Positions 57,394 through 64,000 of a DNA stretch of 64,000 bases are shown piece by piece. Numbering within the stretch: position 1 is the first letter of the stretch; every line of letters starts with the position of its first letter. This DNA is from Alphaproteobacteria bacterium (GTDB lineage Bacteria > Pseudomonadota > Alphaproteobacteria > Caedimonadales > UBA1908), in NCBI GenBank assembly GCA_021298595.1, contig JAJTHL010000005.1, positions 5,651-69,650 on the forward strand, given 5' to 3'. Under the pieces are notes generated by a model that was not told the origin of the DNA, did no database searches, and worked only from the letters and a program-made list of their open reading frames with translations. Made by a program: the position numbers and the translations under genes.

Positions 57394-58076
57394 GCTTTAT
57401 CCTTGGTTTGACCGTTATAGGCGCCTTGGGGTGTGACGCAACTACCAGGGGCTGCCCCCACCCCTTCTTCAGCGCGAATTTGGCCTTCTTTGGGACGACC
57501 GCTGTCGGCCTTTTGATCGATACTCATGGCCTGTTGGGGGGTCAAAAGGGCCCCATTACCTCGATCACCGTTTTCTTGACCCAAAAGATACCAGTGTTTG
57601 GCGTCACCGAAATGATCATATTGGATGGTAAAGCCGCCTCCAATTTTTGCGCGCGGCGCCCCCGACCCAAAAGTCGCAACGCCGCTTGAAGGAAGTTGGC
57701 CCGTGGTCGGTAAAAGGTTCGCCGCCGAGAGGTGTTGCCAATACGATAGCGCTTCGTGACCTGGGCCAGTCGAGGAAAGTCCTGGCCCTTCTATGACACC
57801 GTCGTTATTGCCGTTTTTCAAGTGAGAGGCGATGTAGTCGCTGGCTTTATCAAAGTCTCCCGGCAGGGCGTTATACTTGTCCATAAAGACACCGGTAGCG
57901 AGACGAAACTCATTCACCTGGGTCAAGGCTGATTTAAGGCGCGCACTTTCCAGGAGTTCTTGCCCCTTGAGGACCCCGCCCACAATGAGACCAATGATCA
58001 AAAGGGCAATGGAAAGCTCCACAAGGCTAAAGCCGTCCTGGGCACGTGCGGCGCGTTTTAGGGCGTGACGAGTCAT
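57369..58076 (-). CDS. Prepilin-type pilin/pseudopilin
   Basis: Leader MTRHALKRAARAQDG followed by FSLVELSIALLIIGLIVGG, with G-1, F+1 and E+5. 25-nt overlap with the downstream prepilin gene. Confidence 0.8.
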   Translation of the reverse strand: MTRHALKRAARAQDGFSLVELSIALLIIGLIVGGVLKGQELLESARLKSALTQVNEFRLATGVFMDKYNALPGDFDKASDYIASHLKNGNNDGVIEGPGLSSTGPGHEALSYWQHLSAANLLPTTGQLPSSGVATFGSGAPRAKIGGGFTIQYDHFGDAKHWYLLGQENGDRGNGALLTPQQAMSIDQKADSGRPKEGQIRAEEGVGAAPGSCVTPQGAYNGQTKDKACVLYFQM

Positions 58077-58215
58077 GATTTAAAGCGTCCCTGTTTTTCC
58101 TTCATGATGCAAAAAGAAAAGCCTCATAGCAAGCGGCTTTTAATAAACACTTTTTGCAAAGGAACGTATGTTCCCCCTTGCGTAGGTCTTTCAGATCGTG
58201 TATCGAAGGACATGT

Positions 58216-58292
58216 CGGGGTGTAGCGCAGCCTGGTAGCGCGCCTGCTTTGGGAGCAGGATGTCGGGAGTTCGAATCTCTCCACCCCGACCA
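58216..58292 (+). tRNA. tRNA-Pro (anticodon TGG)
   Basis: The acceptor stem CGGGGTG pairs with CACCCCG. The anticodon stem is CCTGC/GCAGG with loop TTTGGGA, the T-loop is TTCGAAT, and CCA is encoded. 77 nt. Confidence 0.9.
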
Positions 58293-58342
58293 CTGACAAA
58301 CTCACACATTTAATGGCATTAAAAAAGGCCCAAGAGGATCTT

Positions 58343-59809
58343 TTAAGCCCGCTCCATTTTTTGAAGCGTACTTGTGGTGCTGTGACCCTCTTGAAGGGTC
58401 ACAAGAAGCACGTCCCCACCCCATGACAGAACTTCTTTGGCACCCACCACTGTTTCAACGGTATAATCAGCGCCTTTAACCAATAAATCTGGACGCAAAT
58501 ACTGAATGAGCTCAAGGGGGGTGTCTTGATCGAAAAGCACGACCAAGTCTACATCACTCATGGCTTCTAAAACGTGCATACGGGATGACTCTGAATGAAA
58601 GGGGCGAGACTCGCCCTTGAGGCGTTTTACGGACGCATCGCTGTTCACGGCGACCACCAACCGGTCGCAAGCTTGCCGAGATTCCCTCAAAATCTTGATA
58701 TGTCCTGGATGCAGAATATCAAAGCATCCATTGGTAAAGCCAATTTTCAAGCCTTCCCTATGCCATTGTACAATCCGGTCGTGGGCCTCTTGCCAGGTCG
58801 AGGCATGCTTTTTTAGACGCTCTTCTTCTAAGTTCGTATGAAGAGCCTGGGATAGCTCGTCAAGGCTAATGGTGGCCGTTCCAACCTTGGCCACCACAAG
58901 GCCTGCAGCCACATTGGCGATGTGGGCGGCTTGGTGGGCAGAAGCGCCCGCCCCAACACACGCGCCAAGACACGCCACAACCGTATCACCTGCCCCCGAC
59001 ACATCATAAACGTCTAGGGCGTGGGTTGGCAGATGCACGGCTGCCTTACCGCGCTCGTGAAGGGTCATCCCCTGAGCGCCCCTTGTGGCTAAAACCGTTT
59101 CAATGCCGCAGTGATCCAAAAGGAACTGTGTAGCTTTTTCGACCTCCTCGTCGCTGTCTACCGGCATGTTTGTGGCCGACGAAAGCTCTTTTGCGTTGGG
59201 GGTTACGAACGATGCACCCCGATAACACCTATAATCTTTGACTTTAGGGTCTACAAGAATCGGTTTTTGATGTTGCGTGACAATTTTGATAATCTCTTGC
59301 ACAAAAGCGGGGGAAAAAAAGCCCTTGCTGTAGTCGGACAATATCACCAAATCCACACTATTTACATGCGCTTTTAGGGCATCCAAAATGCACGTTCTTG
59401 CCTCAAAAGAAATCTCAAAGGTATCCTCTTCATCGCAGCGCATGAGCTGTTGACCTTCTGACACAAAGCGTGTTTTCACGGTGGTACGACGCCCCTTTTC
59501 CGTTACACACTCGGCACGCGTGTGGGGAAGGTTTTCAAAAAGGGTGATAACTTCGCCCCCATAAGTGTCATCGCCCACCACCCCCATAAAGATGCACTGA
59601 GCCTGAAGGGAGGAAAAGTTTCTCACAACATTCCCAGCCCCACCAAGCACTGTGGTTTTTCTGATGGCACGAAAAATGGGAACCGGCGCCTCAGGTGAGA
59701 TCCGCTCGACGCGGCCGTAAGCAAAATGATCGAGCATCACATCCCCCATGCACAAAACACGCACCTGGGAAATGGCTGACAGAATTTGAGAATAGGCAAG
59801 TGCTTCCAT
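58343..59809 (-). CDS. hldE: Bifunctional heptose 7-phosphate kinase / heptose 1-phosphate adenylyltransferase (start at MEALAY)
   Basis: N-terminal PfkB kinase (MGDVMLDHF..RISPEAPVP, DVSGAGDTV). C-terminal cytidylyltransferase (GFTNGCFDILHPGH). Confidence 0.9.
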   Translation of the reverse strand: MEALAYSQILSAISQVRVLCMGDVMLDHFAYGRVERISPEAPVPIFRAIRKTTVLGGAGNVVRNFSSLQAQCIFMGVVGDDTYGGEVITLFENLPHTRAECVTEKGRRTTVKTRFVSEGQQLMRCDEEDTFEISFEARTCILDALKAHVNSVDLVILSDYSKGFFSPAFVQEIIKIVTQHQKPILVDPKVKDYRCYRGASFVTPNAKELSSATNMPVDSDEEVEKATQFLLDHCGIETVLATRGAQGMTLHERGKAAVHLPTHALDVYDVSGAGDTVVACLGACVGAGASAHQAAHIANVAAGLVVAKVGTATISLDELSQALHTNLEEERLKKHASTWQEAHDRIVQWHREGLKIGFTNGCFDILHPGHIKILRESRQACDRLVVAVNSDASVKRLKGESRPFHSESSRMHVLEAMSDVDLVVLFDQDTPLELIQYLRPDLLVKGADYTVETVVGAKEVLSWGGDVLLVTLQEGHSTTSTLQKMERA

Positions 59810-59810
59810 C

Positions 59811-60434
59811 TTAGACAAGCCCAAGTTCACGCTCAAGCGCACCGCACAGCATCTGGCCTAAGGTAATATGCATCTCTTGAATGTGGCTTGTAATATGACT
59901 TGGTACAATGAGTAGCACGTCACACATCCTTTGAAGATCGCCGCCATCTTTACCCGTGAAACCAACGGTAACAAGACCCATTTTTTTAGCAATATCAAAC
60001 GCTTTCAAAACATTAGGGCTTTTACCTGACGTCGAAATCCCAATGGCCACGTCACCGGGTCTACCAAGGGCTTCAAGTTGACGGGAAAAAACTGTCTCAA
60101 ATCCCATATCGTTGGCAGCCGCTGTCAAAGTGGATGTATCGGTGGTCAGAGCCAGGGCTGGTAGGGCGCGCCTGTCTTTGACAAAACGCACGGTAAGCTC
60201 AGTGGCCAGGTGCTGTGCATCAGCAGCACTTCCGCCATTACCAAAGAACATGAGTTTATTCCCAGCGCATATGGCCTTGAGGCAAACGTCCACAAGGTCA
60301 AAAAAGACAGGCCCCATGGTTTCTTTGGTGCGCGCAGCCACCTGCAAATGCTCGTCCATCACTTGATCAAAGAAATCATTACGACGGGCCGCGTTTGTAG
60401 ACACAATTTGAAAAGAAACAGGGTTCACAGACAC
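59811..60434 (-). CDS. gmhA: Phosphoheptose isomerase
   Basis: SIS domain FGNGGSAADAQHLATEL and ISTSGKSPNV. Confidence 0.9.
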   Translation of the reverse strand: MSVNPVSFQIVSTNAARRNDFFDQVMDEHLQVAARTKETMGPVFFDLVDVCLKAICAGNKLMFFGNGGSAADAQHLATELTVRFVKDRRALPALALTTDTSTLTAAANDMGFETVFSRQLEALGRPGDVAIGISTSGKSPNVLKAFDIAKKMGLVTVGFTGKDGGDLQRMCDVLLIVPSHITSHIQEMHITLGQMLCGALERELGLV

Positions 60435-61130
60435 TTAAAACTCCAACTCGACGCGTAAAACGGTTTTTGGTAATTCTCTGGCAGGTGTTTCAAACGCTAT
60501 ATGTTCCTCGGGTAAAAGCCTTGTTTCTGTCAAAGGATGATCCCACGACACAAGCACACATCCCTCTTTCCCCTGGGAAAAGACACCCGCTACCTTTTTA
60601 ACCATACGTTCGAAAAAAGGAGCCTCTTCGCACGGACCATAGGCTTTGATCTTGAGAGGAGGAACACCGTGAACGTGACCCGATGTATTCACAATTTGTC
60701 CCGTCAAAACAAGACGGTTTGTGACGGCATCCACGCGCGTTTGAAGGGGATGAACCCCCCGAATCATAAGGCCTTGGCCACTTGGGTGCACATTGATGCC
60801 CAAAAATTGAAACAAAGGAAGAGCGCTAGGCCAAGCTGTGACTATTTGGGTCCTAGAAAAATACCCCCCCATAATAATAGCAGAAAGAAAAACTGCAAAC
60901 AGCAGACTCAAAGAAAGGTAACCTTTTTTTACAGCCACCCCCACATCACCCTCGCCTGCACTCAAGGGATCTTTTGCGCTTAATGTGGCAACCAATGTTT
61001 CATGACCTACCACAGGAACATGTGTCCATGAATGCCCGCACGCTGCGCAACGCAAAACCCTTTCGGTCGCGCCAAGTACAGACTCATCCAACAAATAGCG
61101 TTTAGAGCACTTTTCGCAGCTTACAATCAT
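60435..61130 (-). CDS. MJ0042-type zinc-ribbon protein with TM helix (DUF3426-like)
   Basis: N-terminal CEKC..17 aa..CAACGH zinc ribbon and a central TM segment. Abuts the gmhA start with no gap. Confidence 0.7.
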   Translation of the reverse strand: MIVSCEKCSKRYLLDESVLGATERVLRCAACGHSWTHVPVVGHETLVATLSAKDPLSAGEGDVGVAVKKGYLSLSLLFAVFLSAIIMGGYFSRTQIVTAWPSALPLFQFLGINVHPSGQGLMIRGVHPLQTRVDAVTNRLVLTGQIVNTSGHVHGVPPLKIKAYGPCEEAPFFERMVKKVAGVFSQGKEGCVLVSWDHPLTETRLLPEEHIAFETPARELPKTVLRVELEF

Positions 61131-61276
61131 AGGCGCAAGACCCCTTATTTCGACTTTACTTTTTTAGCGTTTTTCTGTTTTCAAAGCAAGGCTTGCTTGA
61201 TTTTGAGGGTTTTGAGATAATGGCAGAATAAAAATAAAAAATACTTAACATAAACATCATAATAGAGGGGCCTGGC

Positions 61277-62122
61277 ATGTCAAAAAACGTTATAAAGGAA
61301 TCCATAGAAAAAGGCTTCGGGTTTATTCTCTTTCCCAAGATCGATGTGCTTCCTGTGCTCCTGGGATATTTTGTTGTTTTGCTCGTTTTCAATATTTTCT
61401 TCGGTCACTGGTCCTATGCGTACACGCATCTCTCACCAGGCTCTTATACAACCATGGCTTTTTATAAGGATACCTTACGGACCTTTATCAGTGAGTTATT
61501 TGTCTTACCTCTTGTGGTGTACAGTGTTCAAAAAGCCCTTCTCAAAAAGCCTGGACGTGGTTACTTTTCTTACTTTTTTCAAAAAGAACTTTGGTCTTTG
61601 ATGTGGGTGCGGATCCTTCTCTTTATCTGTGTGGCACTGCCTACTTTTGTCGTTTTGTGGGGTGAACACATCGCCTTCACCCACACTACAGGCACGGAAC
61701 CCTCTTTGGTTGGACTTGCGTTTTCCCTTAAAATGTTGACTTATATCCTAATTTTGACATCGACTCTGTGGGTTTTCTTTTACTTTTTGATGAGGCTATT
61801 ACCCCTGAATATCCATGTATGTCTTGGTAAACCTGCAGAGGTGGGCACTATCTTTAAAGCCACTGAAGGAAAAACCTGGAATATGTTCGTCTCAATTTTA
61901 GTCACGGGGCTTCCTGCTATCACTTTATGGATACTGACAGCGCGCCCCCCCATGACCGATCACCATGACCCTAAAATCGCCTCCGATATCATGATCATGG
62001 ACGTCTTTCTTGAGACGGTACTCACAACTTTTATCGTTTACTTGATGCTGGCGGTCGTGGCAGCACTCAGCCATTTTTACGAACATTTCTTGAATCAAGG
62101 ACATAGCACCGAAAACGCCTAA
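61277..62122 (+). CDS. Hypothetical polytopic membrane protein
   Basis: About 6 hydrophobic segments, an AGAGGGG RBS, and no recognisable family. Confidence 0.5.
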   Translation: MSKNVIKESIEKGFGFILFPKIDVLPVLLGYFVVLLVFNIFFGHWSYAYTHLSPGSYTTMAFYKDTLRTFISELFVLPLVVYSVQKALLKKPGRGYFSYFFQKELWSLMWVRILLFICVALPTFVVLWGEHIAFTHTTGTEPSLVGLAFSLKMLTYILILTSTLWVFFYFLMRLLPLNIHVCLGKPAEVGTIFKATEGKTWNMFVSILVTGLPAITLWILTARPPMTDHHDPKIASDIMIMDVFLETVLTTFIVYLMLAVVAALSHFYEHFLNQGHSTENA

Positions 62123-62263
62123 AGCCTTACTTGGATGAGTCTCTTTGCGCCAGTAGATCGCTCTTGTTTTGGCGCAAAGAGAAAACATCTTAAGATCCTC
62201 TTTTCTTTTGAATCTTACCTGGGCTATAGTTCCCCTAATAAGACTAACAAAGGGAGTATTCGT

Positions 62264-62413
62264 GTGGAAAATCTAGGAAAGATATACCTTGATTTCTGGG
62301 AAAAAGTAGCCGAGAAAACCATCTTTAATGAAGAGCTTCAAAAGGAAACATTTGCGCTTTGGGAGAAAACCCTAACCTCCTTTGAAGACGCCCTTAAGAA
62401 AAGCACCCCATAG
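62264..62413 (+). CDS. Small 49-aa ORF directly upstream of the phaC-like gene (GTG start)
   Basis: AGGGAG lies 7 nt upstream of GTG 62264. An amphipathic Trp/Glu/Lys-rich peptide ends 12 nt before the phaC-like ATG. Confidence 0.3.
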   Translation: MENLGKIYLDFWEKVAEKTIFNEELQKETFALWEKTLTSFEDALKKSTP

Positions 62414-62425
62414 GGCAGGGCATTT

Positions 62426-63598
62426 ATGCATCCACTTCTTTTGGGGTTTCACACCCGGCTTCACTTCCATTCTGTGGTCTCGCACATGAGCCAGCAAGGA
62501 AATGCCTTTGCCGCCTTAAAAAACACGCATATTGAAGACAAAATCCGCTCTCTGATCTGGGATGAAAGTGCGCCACTTTTCAAAGAAGCCCTCTCTCAAT
62601 ACCAAGATTTTTTAAAGGGTATTACGATCTATCACGCCACCAAAAGACTTCCCCAAGTGCCCGGTGGTCACCCAATTATTCAAAATTCCCATCTAGAAAT
62701 TTATGGCCATGAAATGGAGCCAGGTCGCGACGAAGCACCAATTGTTCTTTTTGTTCCTTCTCTTTTGAATCATGGGCATATTTTTGATCTTTTGCCAGAT
62801 CACAGTTTTTTTGGTTATTTAAAGTCAAAAGGCGTGCATCCTCTTCTCGTGGAGTGGAAATCACCCACCCCTGAGACGCTTACGGCTCAAGGGCTTTCTG
62901 ATTACGTTCAAAAGCTTTCTCAAGGTTTGCACGAACTAGCGGCAATGTACCCCCGGGGGTTTCATTTGGCAGGCTATTGTATGGGTGGCCTTCTTTCTCT
63001 TGCCGTTGCCGAGGAAAGTCGTCTTCCCCTTAAAGGAATCACGCTTTTGGCCACGCCCTGGCTTTTTGAAAAAACATCATCGCTTTCTAGTGAAAAGATT
63101 GAAGAGCTTCTGTCACCGTTTCTTGATGAAAAAAAGTGTATCCCATCTTCTTTTTTACAGCTCATGTTTCACAGTATTGAGCCTTTTTCTATTCAAAAGA
63201 AATTTCAAGACCTGGCACGAAAAAAAGATCAGGGCGTTGATCCCTCACGCTTTTTTCTGGCACTTGAGGACTGGCTTACAGCGCTTCGCCCTCTTCCCTG
63301 GGATATTTTTAAAGAGTGCCTAACGGATTGGTACGACGCAAATAAACCCTATCATCACCATCATATTGCTGGGAAAAAGGTCCGTCTTGACGCACTCCCC
63401 CCTAGCCTTGTGGTGATCCCAACACAGGACAAAATCGTCAAAAAAGATTCAGCACTTCCTTTAGCCGAAGCGCTGCCGAATCCCCATGTCTTGATGCCAG
63501 AGTTGGGACATGTCGGTATTCTTGTCTCTCAAAAAGCCAAAGAAGCCTTTTGGGAGCCGTTCGTTCACTGGTTAAATAAACCAACACCTCATCATTAA
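62426..63598 (+). CDS. phaC: Class III/IV-type PHA synthase-like alpha/beta hydrolase
   Basis: G-x-C-x-G-G box (GYCMGG) and a C-terminal GHVGILVS His block. Collinear by eye with the Allochromatium class III PhaC, and followed by phaB. Confidence 0.65.
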   Translation: MHPLLLGFHTRLHFHSVVSHMSQQGNAFAALKNTHIEDKIRSLIWDESAPLFKEALSQYQDFLKGITIYHATKRLPQVPGGHPIIQNSHLEIYGHEMEPGRDEAPIVLFVPSLLNHGHIFDLLPDHSFFGYLKSKGVHPLLVEWKSPTPETLTAQGLSDYVQKLSQGLHELAAMYPRGFHLAGYCMGGLLSLAVAEESRLPLKGITLLATPWLFEKTSSLSSEKIEELLSPFLDEKKCIPSSFLQLMFHSIEPFSIQKKFQDLARKKDQGVDPSRFFLALEDWLTALRPLPWDIFKECLTDWYDANKPYHHHHIAGKKVRLDALPPSLVVIPTQDKIVKKDSALPLAEALPNPHVLMPELGHVGILVSQKAKEAFWEPFVHWLNKPTPHH

Positions 63599-63614
63599 AA
63601 GAAAGGATAATAAC

Positions 63615-64000
63615 ATGCAAGGAAAACGCGTGGCACTGGTCACAGGAGGAACAAGAGGCATTGGCGAAGCGATTTGTTTCGCCCTTAAAAATGCAGACTA
63701 CGAAGTGGTCGCGACCTATCACGGAAACGATCAGGCGGCTGACAGCTTTTCAAGACAAACTAGAATCAAGGCCTATAAATGGGATGTGAGTGACGCAAAC
63801 GCTTGCCGTGAGGGCGTTGCCGCCGTCACCCGGGAAGTCGGCCCCATTGATATTTTGGTGAATAACGCCGGGATCACACGTGACGGGATGTTTCACAAAA
63901 TGTCCGAGGAGCAATGGCATCAAGTAATTGAAACGAACCTTACCTCATGCTTTAACATGACGCGTGTTGTCCTTGATGGGATGCGCGAGCGCAGCTTTGG
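63615..64000 (+). CDS. phaB: Acetoacetyl-CoA reductase (SDR), 3' end cut by the window edge
   Basis: RVALVTGGTRGIGEAI, NNAGITRD, and the context after the phaC-like gene. Confidence 0.88.
   Translation, partial: MQGKRVALVTGGTRGIGEAICFALKNADYEVVATYHGNDQAADSFSRQTRIKAYKWDVSDANACREGVAAVTREVGPIDILVNNAGITRDGMFHKMSEEQWHQVIETNLTSCFNMTRVVLDGMRERSF

Noticed and set aside
58102-58309. Two listed ORFs of 61-67 aa on the minus strand.
   Set aside because: They overlap tRNA-Pro (58216-58292) on the opposite strand and are translation artefacts of the tRNA sequence.

Overview
This is a gene-dense 64-kb chromosomal window that looks alphaproteobacterial. Supporting markers are a PopZ/DUF2497 homologue in a pcm-rhodanese-tolC string, gatCAB, a HIG1-type twin-TM peptide, and a lepB-rnc-era-recO string. 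I call about 60 protein genes and three tRNAs (Gly-CCC, Thr-TGT, Pro-TGG).

Most of the window is housekeeping:
- mfd, with its 5' end cut by the window edge
- ccmAB
- parC and parE, about 32 kb apart
- gatCAB
- rpoN-lptB-lptA
- tolC
- rbsK
- def
- alaS-recA
- gpt
- hemH
- carD
- mgtA
- priA
- gmhA-hldE
- a phaC-like gene followed by phaB, whose 3' end is cut by the window edge

I saw no rRNA, CRISPR array, transposase, integrase or phage genes.

Four parts look accessory or unusual:
1. 15.0-21.1 kb lies between gatCAB and rpoN. It holds orphan secreted proteins, a degenerate GGDEF protein, an OmpA lipoprotein, a secreted ChaC-like protein, and an aminoglycoside-phosphotransferase-family gene inactivated by a perfect 16-bp tandem duplication.
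2. 31.9-34.1 kb is a two-gene c-di-GMP module: a single-domain response regulator followed by a protein with a HisKA-like H-box, REC, PAS and GGDEF domains but no ATPase domain.
3. 44.5-51.6 kb holds a motif-eroded LuxI-like ORF divergently paired with a LysR regulator and an MFS transporter. It is followed by mgtA, an orphan secreted protein, and a zinc-ribbon/TM ORF with no canonical start codon, next to tRNA-Thr.
4. Pilus and secretin parts are scattered across the window (orphan cpaB, a lipoprotein secretin, two prepilins) with no assembly ATPase.

I did not find a convincing, complete, new multi-gene system. The LuxI-like/LysR/MFS cassette and the c-di-GMP pieces are my best candidates. 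All protein family calls come from by-eye motif recognition and need HMM or structure confirmation.
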